Below, in pieces: positions 49,031 through 59,393 of a stretch of 64,000 nt of DNA. How positions within the stretch are numbered: position 1 is the stretch's first letter; the number at the start of each line of letters is the position of its first letter. The stretch comes from a virus, in IMG/VR virus record IMGVR_UViG_3300032235_000437, positions 16,447-80,446 of that record. One strand, given 5' to 3'. Below the pieces are notes generated by a model, which searched no databases, was not told where the DNA came from, and was given only the letters and a program-made list of their open reading frames with translations. A program made the translations under genes and the position numbers.

Positions 49031-51276
49031 GCTCGAGGTACTGTACGCCCTACACCCGGGAATCCTCCGAAGTGTACTTGGTTATTACGAACTGTACAAG
49101 CAGCTAAAGACTTTGCGCAAACGTCAGCACCCGCTTTGTTAGCTAAAGCTACAGGGCTATAATTTATTAGTTCTGAAATAGTTGGTTGGGTGCCTGAGAT
49201 TATATCAACTCTAGGATCATAGAATTGCTGATTAGTAGTAGGGTCAGTAGAGTCAAATAAGTAAGCTCTGTGTTGCGCCTTAGTATTTAGAGCTTGCCAT
49301 ACAAAGTCTATATTATTGCTTACCTTAACGCCTTTAGTATTATATACTGCACTATCTACGTGTGCTGCGCCAGTACCACTACCTACAGGCCATACATGTC
49401 CTACAAATAAGAACCAATCATTAGCAGTATAAGCCCAATTGGCACCATGAAAATATGGATTTGTGTTAACAGCACCAGAGCTTCTAATTAACACACCTAT
49501 ATTTGAACTAGAAGCGTCATAACCTCGAGGTCCTAAGTATGCTGCACCATTACCTATATTTTTACGACGCATCCATACTGAAAATCTATAAGTTTTAGTA
49601 TTGTCTATATCAAATAAAGTTGTATTCCAGCCGCCATCTGCACCAGTAGTTATATCCTGATCACTAACATCCCATACTGTACCTAGATCACCATAAGGTG
49701 TAGAGTCGATTAGCCTAGAGTTGCCGTCACCATTTAGGGTGTAAATAGCAGTTGACCCTGTAGTACCCGGTATCCAGGTAGACATGTTTATAAGTGATGG
49801 TGCTTTTGTGCTAGCAGACAGATTATCAAGACCAATAGGATTAGTATTTGAAGCTAAGTTAGTACCAGGAATGGCTAATCCGCCAGGGCCTGGATACTGG
49901 CATTCTGGTCCTTTGTAAACCCATTGACAAGTATTTTTATAGAATTTACGTTTAGGCACTATAACTTTAAAGTATTGCAACCAAGATACAAGCGCAAAAG
50001 AAGCTACATGATCAGATAAACTTTCGAGTTGATCAATTTTAAAACGATCTTCAATATAGCTTTCACTATCTGCTTCTTCGTTTACAATGTATAGGGGATC
50101 TCCAGGAATTGTACTAGAGTTGATCTCATTAGATACATATATAACGTGATCTTCTGAGATATGCTGGATAGTAGCTTCTTCCGATCCTTTACTAGACTTT
50201 ACGTTATCACCGATTCTATACGGCAGTGAGTTTCTAACTGTTATTACATTACTAGTTATATCTGTAATTAAGCTGTACTCAGGCCAGAAGTCTAGGAAGT
50301 TAGCAAATGTAGTCTTAATATTAACAATTCCACCTAATAGATCCCGCGAATCTTCTTTGTATGCTTCCCAAGTGCCGTTTACTGCTTTTGTTTGTTCATA
50401 AGTAAAGCTAGCATTATTCATACCATATAGGTTAACAATATCACCACTATAAGCTAAACCGTTAGCACGAGCACGAGTTAGCGTATCAAAGCATTCAGCA
50501 CTAATAGCAGCAGCTTGAGGAAGTGTTAAGCTTACTGTGCGAGGGTCAAGACCGTGTACTAGCTCACCATTTACGTGTGCTACTACGGAGTTGGACGTGT
50601 TATTACCAGATAAGAACGGATCTTCTACTAGTCTAGAGATCATGTTATCTACGTTAAACATAGTAAGTGTTAATTCGTTCACTCTACCATCAGAAGCTTG
50701 TTCTACACCACTAATTGATACGGGGTAAGGCGAAAATGTTGTACCGCCATAACTTACATTATAGCTAATATCATCGGCTAGATCACCTACTATCTCCGCA
50801 AAACGAATAGGAAAATATGGCGACCACGCGCGGCCTTCACCGGTTTCACCAGGATTTCCTGCTTCATTAGGTGGATACCAATCACCAGGATAATATACAG
50901 AATATAGTCGAACAATAGGATTTTGTGTAAAAGCATTCTTTTCAGCTATAAAAGTACTAGGCTGAATATTAGTTATGCTAGTTACAGCTGTAACTACATT
51001 ACCGCTCATTACATTTGCTTGGAAAGGTAGATAAGAAGCATCGTTAATAGCACCATTAGCTGTTCCGCTAATAGTAATAACCTTTGAATATATATTTTCT
51101 GCACCAATAAATTCATTAATAGTATTAGACAGCTTAACTTTTAGTAAATTGTTAGATCTATCAACTCCAGCAATTATACCAACTGCAGCAGAAGTATTAC
51201 CTATAACTACGTTACCTGTTTGAAATGGTAGAGCATTAGCTACTGTTAGCACAACATCATATGTACGAGAAGTCAC
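49027..51276 (-). CDS. Minor tail protein L (lambda gpL-like, Fe-S Cys motif) with inserted domains
   Basis: Y...P....G, P.R....TC.W.YKG.EC.Y, DVC.K.L.AC..R...FGGFPG. Confidence 0.85.
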   Translation of the reverse strand: MTSRTYDVVLTVANALPFQTGNVVIGNTSAAVGIIAGVDRSNNLLKVKLSNTINEFIGAENIYSKVITISGTANGAINDASYLPFQANVMSGNVVTAVTSITNIQPSTFIAEKNAFTQNPIVRLYSVYYPGDWYPPNEAGNPGETGEGRAWSPYFPIRFAEIVGDLADDISYNVSYGGTTFSPYPVSISGVEQASDGRVNELTLTMFNVDNMISRLVEDPFLSGNNTSNSVVAHVNGELVHGLDPRTVSLTLPQAAAISAECFDTLTRARANGLAYSGDIVNLYGMNNASFTYEQTKAVNGTWEAYKEDSRDLLGGIVNIKTTFANFLDFWPEYSLITDITSNVITVRNSLPYRIGDNVKSSKGSEEATIQHISEDHVIYVSNEINSSTIPGDPLYIVNEEADSESYIEDRFKIDQLESLSDHVASFALVSWLQYFKVIVPKRKFYKNTCQWVYKGPECQYPGPGGLAIPGTNLASNTNPIGLDNLSASTKAPSLINMSTWIPGTTGSTAIYTLNGDGNSRLIDSTPYGDLGTVWDVSDQDITTGADGGWNTTLFDIDNTKTYRFSVWMRRKNIGNGAAYLGPRGYDASSSNIGVLIRSSGAVNTNPYFHGANWAYTANDWFLFVGHVWPVGSGTGAAHVDSAVYNTKGVKVSNNIDFVWQALNTKAQHRAYLFDSTDPTTNQQFYDPRVDIISGTQPTISELINYSPVALANKAGADVCAKSLAACTVRNNQVHFGGFPGVGRTVPRA

Positions 51277-51289
51277 TTGTTATCCTTTA

Positions 51290-51706
51290 TTAATCAAAAG
51301 ATTCTTTTACGTCAAAAGAAACTGTATAGTAGTTTTGTAGAGCATTAGCTCCGGTAGAAAGTACGTGATCAATTTTAAGCGAACCCTCGAATCGAACACG
51401 CACTGTTCCAGATTCATTTATATGTGCTAGATCAAGATTAAACGATGAAAAGCTACCGCTACGTTCACGATAAAAACGCTCAATAGCTGTTTTTTCTAAG
51501 CCTGTCACGTTAGTATATTTTAAGCTAAACATACGCTTACCGCGTCTAGAGCGAAGCCTACGCTTTTCATAACCGCTCTCACTTTCAAAAATGATCGTAT
51601 TAAACTCTTGGCTAGACGTAAATCCGCTATCAGGCTTTACGTCTGCCATAGAAGTAAAAGTGTCAGTAGTAAAAAGACCTACTGCATCGTTAGGATATAT
51701 AGCCAT
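51290..51706 (-). CDS. Distal tail protein (gpM/Dit-like)
   Basis: F.SGYE.R, I..F...R.G....F, position directly after tape measure. Confidence 0.75.
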   Translation of the reverse strand: MAIYPNDAVGLFTTDTFTSMADVKPDSGFTSSQEFNTIIFESESGYEKRRLRSRRGKRMFSLKYTNVTGLEKTAIERFYRERSGSFSSFNLDLAHINESGTVRVRFEGSLKIDHVLSTGANALQNYYTVSFDVKESFD

Positions 51707-54700
51707 TATAGACCTCCACGACCTCGTAGTGTTCTACGAATAGGCCCGTTATTTGCAATGTCGCGCATAACAATATCAACAACATACTTTTCACCATCAA
51801 AACGTGGAGCACTTGCATCAGCTTGCTTAGGTGATCCTTCATTTGTTACGTTTACGAATACGTTACCATTTCCGCCAGCACCACCAGTTGCATTCATGGC
51901 TTGAAGAGCTGGCATGCCTATCTTTTCTGCAGACTGCTTGCGAATGACAAATTCGCCAGGCTCAAGCATAGCAGGTATTCTATCGCGATTTAGGGACGCA
52001 GAGACTGCGGCACCGCCCTGTGCAAGATGTACTAATCCGCCTTGTGAGAAGCCTATTAAGCTGCTAAAGAAACCGCCGATTCCTTTAAACAGACCAGATA
52101 GTATACCGCCCTCACCCATTAAGCTTTTAAACAGATTAGATACAAAACCGTTCTGCCCAAAGATATTAGTGAATAGTGAAGTGATTTGATCAAAGAATCC
52201 ACCTAGTACGCCTTCAGTACTACTTGTTAGGCTATCAGCAGCTGCTTTACCGCCTTTACTATCTTTAATAGATTCAGGTGTTCCTGGTACGGCATCTGGT
52301 ACTATTCCAAACATATCTGCAGGACCGCTTACAACACTAACGAGTAACGCTCCATTCTTAACCTGTGCGTTCTCAATACCGGTACGCATATTTTCAACAC
52401 CTAACATACTAAATAAGTTGTCAGTCAAAAATCCTGATAGTGGGTCTGCAACAGTAGTTTTAAAGAAGTCTTGTTGAATAGACTTAAATAGGTTGCTCAT
52501 TATATCGCCAATATTACCCTCGCCGTAGAAGATAAGATTATTTAGCCCCATAATAGCGTTTTCAATATTACCTTTAATGGAATTAAATAGTGCTTGTAGT
52601 TTTTCTTCGATATAGTTAAGTTTTTTATCAGCCTCACTACCAGCATCTGCAGCATCTTTCAGACGTTTTTCTGCTTCTTCTTGTGATATACCTTTTTCTT
52701 GTGCTAACAGAGTAGCTCTACGAACTAAATCATCTGCCTTAGCTCTATAGTTTGCATCTAATAACTCTTGTTCTTTAGCACTAGCATCTTCTGCTGCTTT
52801 TAAAGAACTAGCACGTAGAGTCTCAGCAGTAGCATTTGCTTGAGCTAATGCTACGTTAGATTTATTTACAGCTACATCTATAGCATCTATTTCCTCTATA
52901 AGTACTTCTGTACCCATAGGACCTATAGCTACTGCTTTAGTACCAGAAATCTGTTGCTCTTGAAAAGCAAAACGTTGTATATTAGTTCCTATGCCTAATA
53001 AATCAGCTACAGGACCAAAAGCTGACGCAAGTGTTTGTGCTGCTGCGTACGCAGCATCAACTATAGCTCTGCCAGCTCCGTTTCCGCCTTCTATTATAGC
53101 TTTATTCATCTCTCCAGAGATAGCGCTATAAGTCTCTGCAGCGGTTACTAATAACCCATATTCAGCATCTATTTTAGCTTTTGTTTGGTCTGCTTCTAGG
53201 TTTATTTTATCTATAGTAGCTTGCTGTTGTTGTCTAATCAGCTCAGATTCTTTTAAATAACGCTCAGCGCCTGCTACTAGCTCAGCATCTAAAGCTTGCT
53301 TACGTAGACCTAAAATATCTTGTTCTATTTTATTAATTTGCTCTGCACCAGCTACTGGTTCGATTTTTTTATTTTCGACTTGCAGTTCTATTAGCTTAAT
53401 TTGGTTTTCTCTAAAGGCTTGTTCGAACTCAAAAGCAGCTTGTTCACCCTGAGCTTTGATATCCATCATATCAATTTCAAATTTTATTGCATCTAGATTG
53501 CTTTGAGTAGCTAGGTCTGTAATCTGCTGTTGTAAGTCCGCAGTCATATTATTTAAGTTAGTTGTTACAGATTCAGCAGTACTTAACAGTTGATCTGCTA
53601 ACTGTCTAGTAATATTAGTACGTACGTTAAGTAGAGTATTATATTGCTCAGCTAGCGTTAGGTCTTCTTGATTTAGACTAACTACTCCGCCTAGTAAGTT
53701 TTTTATCTCTTGGTTGTACTCAGTCTGTTTAGCAAAGCTTTCTGTAGTCATATTAGAATATAATAAGATTAAAGATTCTGCATCAGCCCTACCCTTAACC
53801 GCATTTTTTACATTAGCCTCTTGTTGCGCTAATTTATTTACGCTAGCCACGCTATTATTTATCATAGCATTTACTTCTCTATACTGAGCAAGTTGTCTAT
53901 TTTTCTCGCCTATAATATAGTTTCCAGCAGCATCTAAATCACCTATTTTAGGGGCAGGCTCATTTACTAAATCACCAAAAGTTTTTTTGATTTTATCTAA
54001 AACTTTTAGCTGTTCTTCATAAGGTCTAGTTACAGCTCTCACTGCCTCTAAGCGCTGACCCTCTAGAGTTATGTTTTCTTGTAGTTTTGTTTGTTGTTGT
54101 GTAAGAGCAGCTATGCTATTATCTATCTCAGTTAAGTCTAGCTCTGGTGCTAATCTCAATAACTCTGCTCTATCAGCTTTTAACTTTGCTAGCTGCGCCT
54201 CTACTGTAGCAGCTTCTGTTACAGAACGCTTATACGCAGATACTACAGCGCCCTCAGTTTGAGCAAGTGTTTCAAGATTTAGCGTATTTGATACCACACC
54301 AGAATATAGTGTAGATAACGCACTCTCAAATTGTAGAGTAGATATTTGAGCTGTATACAAGCTAGAAGCAAAATCAGTAAAGCTATTTTTCAGATTATTT
54401 ATACTGCTCTCAGCTTTTGTAGAAGTTATAATTTCTAGTTCTGCAATAGTAGCCTCTAAAGCATCTTTACGGCTACTGATCTCACTTATTACTGCTTGTT
54501 GAAATGGCTTCGCTCTATTTAGTTTTATGGAATCAAGCTTAGATTCCGCAGCCGCTAGTTCAACGTTTATATCTGCTAATTGAATTCTGCTAGCCGCTAG
54601 CTGGTCAGTTAGCTGTTTCATACTTGGCGGAGGAGGTATTTCAGTAATAGCTCCATAAGTAGAAGACATAGCTTCAGCACTTTGCATAAACGGATCTATT

Positions 54701-57174
54701 TCCATAGTAGGGAACTTTGCCTCACGTACTGATGCTAGCACAGCATCAATAGAGTCTATAACTTTTAATACCTCGGCCTGATCAATAACAGTAAGTGTTA
54801 TAGGTATATCTAATTTTAATGTAGGATCTAGACTAATCGTGGAATCATCTACAGTTATACCAAACTTATCCTTAAGCTGGGCCAAGTCTATTCCCAGTCT
54901 CTCTGCAATTTGTTGAGTTTGTTGAATATTATTTAAATTATTAGTAAGCTCTACAGCTAAAGCTTGCTGTATTTCATAATATTTTCTACCCTCAAAAGAT
55001 AGGTTTTTTGCAGCTCCAGCTTGTTCTTCTATCTTTTGAAGTGCTATTTCTAACTGAGCACCCTGCTCTCCGCCAAAAATACCAGCACCGTACTGTTCTT
55101 GTAGATTTTGTTTAATATCTGGAGTAAGTACAGCATCTGCTTTCAAAAATTTACTTATACCAAAGCCTATAGCAGAACCTACTAATAAACCAACTCCAGC
55201 GCCTACAGGACCTAGGACTGCCCCAGCAGTAGCACCGAATTTTGCGCCTACAGCAGCACCAGCAGCAACACCTACTGCTGCACCTAAACTTTTACCTAGT
55301 AATGCTCCAGTACCAGTACCAACAACATTATCACTAAGTTGTTCGCCAAAGGTTTTACTACCGCTTTGTGCGGCTTCTGTAAGCGCAGCAGTTACTTCTT
55401 TAATTAAATTTTCTTTTGTCTTAACAACATCAATTTCAACACCAAGAAATTTGGTGCTGAATCTAAATTCTTCTATGTTCTTAAGTGCTGGATCTACTGA
55501 TTCTAGTTTTTGCAGAGCCTCACCAGAAATAGATAATAAACCTTTTTCTATACTTTGACTAGCTTTAGAACTAAAAAAGGTTTTAATCAGATTACCAAAT
55601 TTAGCTAATACAGCGTTGTATTCATCTTGCTTACCTATAGCAGAAGCAATAGTAGAGCCTAATAAAGATATTATAGAGATAGCTGATAAAGCACTGCCCG
55701 CAAAACCTACTAAGTTTGCAGCTGAGGTTGCTACGCTTGATCCTAGACTTATAAACCCTGTAACAGCTGTTGATGCTAATTTAGCTAAACCAGAAGTTGC
55801 GCCTGCTGCTGAGGTTTGTAGAGTCTTTAAAGACGTAGTTGTTTGTTTTATTCTAGTATCTGTTGTTTCTAAAGCTTTAGTTTGCTTTACTATGGCATCG
55901 GTGTTTCGAGCAATCTCTATCATAGTAGACTTATACTGAGCGCTTGCAGCGTCAAGACCAGCAGTATTTTGCTTAAGTCTTTGGTTTTCGCTATCTAAGT
56001 CGCGTAAACGCGCTTCCTCAGAAGCTCTAATACTTTTAAGCTTAGCTTCTCGCTCAGATAATAATTTTATGCCTTGTTGTATTTCTGAACCAGTAAGTGT
56101 TCTAGTCTTAGCAGCCTCTTTTAAAGCTTTTAACTGGGCTTGGGATTCGCCACCAACACCTTTTTGTAAATTAATCCCAGCTATGTCTTGTTGAGCAGCT
56201 TCTCTTGCTTTTTTAGCAGCAGCACTATATCTTAAGAAAAAGTTTTCTACTGTAGCGCCTCTACGTACAGCAGTATCAGCAAACTCATCTAGTTTTCCTT
56301 TAAGTACTGTAATACCTTTAGCAGCCACTAGACCTGCCACAGTGCCTACTGCAGCAAATGCACCTGCTAAGTTATTTGTTAGGTATGAGGCTAGCGGAGC
56401 AAGTGTCTGAGCAATGAACCCACCTATCTGTGTAGCTATATCAAGAATTTTAACGCCAAAAGCTTCTATCTGCTCCGCAGTAGTTGGTAACGTAGTGTTA
56501 ATAGAAGCAAACTTGCGTTCTCCTTCAGTAATAACAGCGTTAACAAAAGCTTGTCTGCGCTCAAATTCAGTTAGAGCAAGTCTGCTTTTACCTAGTTGTT
56601 CAGCATACGCAGCAGTTGCTGGTTCAATTTTAGTAAAGATACCAAGTTCGTCTAATAGTTCTGTTTCTAATTTAGAAGAACCACGAACTACACGAGTGAA
56701 AGAATCAGATAAATCACGGCCTAGTGCGCGAGAAGCTTTAAGAGCTACACCAGCAAGACCTTCAATTTGCTCAGTGTTGAATCCGGCGCTAAGAGAGAGG
56801 TTAATTTGCTGAGCTGTTTCAGCAATAGTAAGCTGTCCTTTAGTTATATCTCTAACACTAGTTAGCAGATCACTTGCATTCTGCCCAAAAGTATTAGCTA
56901 AAGCTCCTAAGCCCTCAAGGGTCTGTAGAGCACGAGCACTACGAGCAAGAGCATCAAATGACGCTTGTAAAGCAAATACTGTAGCAGCAGCACCAGCATA
57001 AGCGCCTACTAACCCGCCAAGACCGCTAGCCTGCGCAGCAAACTGCCTTCCACTACCTGCACTACTCTGACCTAGTCTTGTAGTAGCACGAGTAAGGTTA
57101 TCTACCTCTTTAGCAGCTTTATCAGCACCTTCAGTTTTAAAGTTAGTATTTATTATATTGGTTATACTAGCCAC
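51706..57174 (-). CDS. Tail tape measure protein
   Basis: 1822 aa Ala/Gln-rich helical protein; T5 pb2-like N-terminus (E.ELLDELG); Gly-zipper hydrophobic segment; C-terminal D.IPAML.PGEFV; follows chaperones. Confidence 0.93.
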   Translation of the reverse strand: MASITNIINTNFKTEGADKAAKEVDNLTRATTRLGQSSAGSGRQFAAQASGLGGLVGAYAGAAATVFALQASFDALARSARALQTLEGLGALANTFGQNASDLLTSVRDITKGQLTIAETAQQINLSLSAGFNTEQIEGLAGVALKASRALGRDLSDSFTRVVRGSSKLETELLDELGIFTKIEPATAAYAEQLGKSRLALTEFERRQAFVNAVITEGERKFASINTTLPTTAEQIEAFGVKILDIATQIGGFIAQTLAPLASYLTNNLAGAFAAVGTVAGLVAAKGITVLKGKLDEFADTAVRRGATVENFFLRYSAAAKKAREAAQQDIAGINLQKGVGGESQAQLKALKEAAKTRTLTGSEIQQGIKLLSEREAKLKSIRASEEARLRDLDSENQRLKQNTAGLDAASAQYKSTMIEIARNTDAIVKQTKALETTDTRIKQTTTSLKTLQTSAAGATSGLAKLASTAVTGFISLGSSVATSAANLVGFAGSALSAISIISLLGSTIASAIGKQDEYNAVLAKFGNLIKTFFSSKASQSIEKGLLSISGEALQKLESVDPALKNIEEFRFSTKFLGVEIDVVKTKENLIKEVTAALTEAAQSGSKTFGEQLSDNVVGTGTGALLGKSLGAAVGVAAGAAVGAKFGATAGAVLGPVGAGVGLLVGSAIGFGISKFLKADAVLTPDIKQNLQEQYGAGIFGGEQGAQLEIALQKIEEQAGAAKNLSFEGRKYYEIQQALAVELTNNLNNIQQTQQIAERLGIDLAQLKDKFGITVDDSTISLDPTLKLDIPITLTVIDQAEVLKVIDSIDAVLASVREAKFPTMEIDPFMQSAEAMSSTYGAITEIPPPPSMKQLTDQLAASRIQLADINVELAAAESKLDSIKLNRAKPFQQAVISEISSRKDALEATIAELEIITSTKAESSINNLKNSFTDFASSLYTAQISTLQFESALSTLYSGVVSNTLNLETLAQTEGAVVSAYKRSVTEAATVEAQLAKLKADRAELLRLAPELDLTEIDNSIAALTQQQTKLQENITLEGQRLEAVRAVTRPYEEQLKVLDKIKKTFGDLVNEPAPKIGDLDAAGNYIIGEKNRQLAQYREVNAMINNSVASVNKLAQQEANVKNAVKGRADAESLILLYSNMTTESFAKQTEYNQEIKNLLGGVVSLNQEDLTLAEQYNTLLNVRTNITRQLADQLLSTAESVTTNLNNMTADLQQQITDLATQSNLDAIKFEIDMMDIKAQGEQAAFEFEQAFRENQIKLIELQVENKKIEPVAGAEQINKIEQDILGLRKQALDAELVAGAERYLKESELIRQQQQATIDKINLEADQTKAKIDAEYGLLVTAAETYSAISGEMNKAIIEGGNGAGRAIVDAAYAAAQTLASAFGPVADLLGIGTNIQRFAFQEQQISGTKAVAIGPMGTEVLIEEIDAIDVAVNKSNVALAQANATAETLRASSLKAAEDASAKEQELLDANYRAKADDLVRRATLLAQEKGISQEEAEKRLKDAADAGSEADKKLNYIEEKLQALFNSIKGNIENAIMGLNNLIFYGEGNIGDIMSNLFKSIQQDFFKTTVADPLSGFLTDNLFSMLGVENMRTGIENAQVKNGALLVSVVSGPADMFGIVPDAVPGTPESIKDSKGGKAAADSLTSSTEGVLGGFFDQITSLFTNIFGQNGFVSNLFKSLMGEGGILSGLFKGIGGFFSSLIGFSQGGLVHLAQGGAAVSASLNRDRIPAMLEPGEFVIRKQSAEKIGMPALQAMNATGGAGGNGNVFVNVTNEGSPKQADASAPRFDGEKYVVDIVMRDIANNGPIRRTLRGRGGL

Positions 57175-57545
57175 TTATTTTGCTCTCTTTGCTTTAGCTA
57201 AGCCTTCTTGCTCTTTTTGTTTTTGTCTGTAGTATTTGCCTAGTTCATCTTCGGCAACTTTTAATAGTTCGAATACCTCGCGCCTATCATCTATTTCATA
57301 TATATCCATTATAGCAGCTAATCCGCTATAATCTTTTCCCATCCAAGTACCGCTCATACCCTCCCACTTATCGGGTAGCACATTGAGTAGTATTAGAGCA
57401 TACTGAGCACTAGTATCTAGCGACGAAGCATCTATAGGCATCTCTTCTTCTGAAGGTTCCCAGCCCATTTGCTCACACATAGCTAGATATTGCTCGGTAG
57501 TAACACCTCCGCCATTTAATGTTTGGCGGAGGTAGTCTGTTAGTT
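57175..57545 (-). CDS. Tail assembly chaperone frameshift extension (gpGT-like T part)
   Basis: -1 frame from the slippery site reads LTDYLRQTLNGGGVTTEQYLA into MCEQMGWEP... without a stop. Confidence 0.85.
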
Positions 57546-57549
57546 TTTT
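57505..57549 (-). promoter_or_regulatory. Programmed -1 ribosomal frameshift signal
   Basis: A_AAA_AAC (57549-57543) right before TAA, 9-nt spacer, perfect 10-bp hairpin ACCTCCGCCA/TGGCGGAGGT. Confidence 0.88.
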
Positions 57550-57971
57550 ACAGTTTCTTCCTTTTTCTTAAGTGAGAACTGCTCAAAGTCATTTAGCGTA
57601 TCAGTAACAAACTGATCGAAGACTGGTGAATTTTTTAGTAGGTCAATAGCATCTTCTTCGCTAAAGTCTACAGCTTCTTCTGGGTTCATACCAGAAATGT
57701 CAACTGGAAGTAGCGAAGGTAGGTGTTTGATTTTAAGACCTGTCCAACCAGCAATTGCGCGCTCAGCGTAGTTCTCTAAGAACTTAGCGGTATCAACTTC
57801 TTCTTCGCGTTGGCGAGTGCGCTTGTTGAACTTATAGGTTAGACTAGCGTTGCGAATTTTTAATAGGTCTTCGCGTGACACAAAGCGTAGGTTAATTTTA
57901 AACCCAGCAATATCTGGGAATTCTACCCAGGTAGAAGTGTCTTTAACCATCATAGATTTTAGTTTACTCAT
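57540..57971 (-). CDS. Tail assembly chaperone (gpG-like)
   Basis: W.E.P...GF, ....I.GW.GL, between tube gene and tape measure. Confidence 0.85.
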   Translation of the reverse strand: MSKLKSMMVKDTSTWVEFPDIAGFKINLRFVSREDLLKIRNASLTYKFNKRTRQREEEVDTAKFLENYAERAIAGWTGLKIKHLPSLLPVDISGMNPEEAVDFSEEDAIDLLKNSPVFDQFVTDTLNDFEQFSLKKKEETVKN

Positions 57972-57992
57972 TAGATCCCTCTATATAAAAGT

Positions 57993-58103
57993 GAGCGTCC
58001 ATCGGGGAATCTGCTGAGCAAGGTGAGGGGAAACCTTGTTTCGCAAGCCGACAGACGCTCTCTGGTGTTAAATTTAGTTATTTCCCCTCAGAAATACTTA
58101 AAT
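57993..58103 (-). other. Structured intergenic RNA element with two complementary hairpin loops
   Basis: 13-bp stem with G-U pairs on - strand; inner loop complementary over 10 nt to an upstream hairpin loop region. Confidence 0.6.
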
Positions 58104-58106
58104 GTA

Positions 58107-59381
58107 TTACTTATCAGCAACAATTAGAACTTCACCGCCTTGACCTCTTGAAGCATTTGGTTCTTGAGCCATGAAGTTAACGCTTACCGCAAGTACATCT
58201 TCAACAACTACCTGTGGGAATTCAAATTGAACAGCAGGCATTGAGAATTGTACGAATGGAGCAGTTGTTCCACCGATATTTAGGTTTGCGTTAGAAGTTT
58301 GTGCAGAAGAAGTACGAGAATCTTGTGCAATATTTCTTAAGAACTGGCTAGACTGGCTATCGCCAGCACGTAGATACATAGTAGCAGAGCCTGTTACAGC
58401 GCGAGTACCAGTAAAGTTACCAATTGGTGAGTTTAGTGCAGTTAATTCTTCTGGAGTTAGGTAAGTAATGTTATTGTTATAATCAAATGTTAGTGATGTT
58501 ACTGGGAATGTATAAGTATTGCCTGCAACACCAGCCGCAGAAGCATGCTGGAAGCTGATAGAGCTAAGTCTGTTCTTAATGAAAGAGTTAGTTGCTATAG
58601 CGCCTGCTACGTTCATTTGGTTGTATGGGTGATAAGAAGCAGCAGCACTAAGCGCAAAAGCGTTAGAGTTAGCTACTACTGGAGTTCCACCAGCGTTTAG
58701 TACACCACCGAATACTGATACAGCGTTATTACGAGGTACGCCTGTAAGTTCTCTCATAGTAGTACCGTTACCAGTCCATGTTACTGTAGCGATTTCTTCA
58801 ATACCAGCGTCAACTGTAGCTTGGTTTACAGCAGCGTTAGATACTTGGTAAATAACGTTATCAAGCTTGAAGTATAGGTATTGATCTTCTTGAGCTACAG
58901 CAAAGTTAGAACGGCTGCTGTGTGAACCAGTTCCTGCAGCTACGTTTGTAGTTGCAAGTCTTCCGCCGGTTGCCCATACAGACTGTTCTGCGCTACCAGT
59001 AGATGCGCGAGTATTTGATACAAGCGCCTGCCACATGAACCAGTCAGCAAGAGGTTTAACGTTACCGCTTGGGCTAGTTGCTCCGCCAGTACCGCCAGCA
59101 GTAGCTCCTGTTTCTACGCCTGTAGGACGTAGGTAAACTTGGAAGTTCCACTCAACTGGGTTAATAGCTGTGTTAAAACGCTGTTGAGAGCGATCTGGGC
59201 TTAGACCGCTTTCTAAAGACGTAATGTCTTGTGTTGCTGAGGAAGCACTTACTGCAAAACCAGCTAATACTTCAAGTTTCCAAGTATTAGAAGGTGTCAT
59301 CGCTGTTACTGCTGCACCATTTAGCAGGTCAACAGTAGAAAAGAAAACCTCAGAGTTTCTTTGTAGATTAAGAGATGTCAT
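58107..59381 (-). CDS. Major tail tube protein (T5 pb6-like)
   Basis: L.RN...F.ST, DI...E.G..P.R...RFN...N..EW.F..Y..P, I.N.L, NNITYLTP..L, PIG.FTG...V.GS...YL. Confidence 0.92.
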   Translation of the reverse strand: MTSLNLQRNSEVFFSTVDLLNGAAVTAMTPSNTWKLEVLAGFAVSASSATQDITSLESGLSPDRSQQRFNTAINPVEWNFQVYLRPTGVETGATAGGTGGATSPSGNVKPLADWFMWQALVSNTRASTGSAEQSVWATGGRLATTNVAAGTGSHSSRSNFAVAQEDQYLYFKLDNVIYQVSNAAVNQATVDAGIEEIATVTWTGNGTTMRELTGVPRNNAVSVFGGVLNAGGTPVVANSNAFALSAAASYHPYNQMNVAGAIATNSFIKNRLSSISFQHASAAGVAGNTYTFPVTSLTFDYNNNITYLTPEELTALNSPIGNFTGTRAVTGSATMYLRAGDSQSSQFLRNIAQDSRTSSAQTSNANLNIGGTTAPFVQFSMPAVQFEFPQVVVEDVLAVSVNFMAQEPNASRGQGGEVLIVADK

Positions 59382-59393
59382 ATTTTATTCTCC

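Noticed and set aside
57990-58100. Hammerhead ribozyme (CUGA..., CGAAAC fragments)
   Set aside because: The CUGANGA core is imperfect and the elements are not in the required order on either strand.
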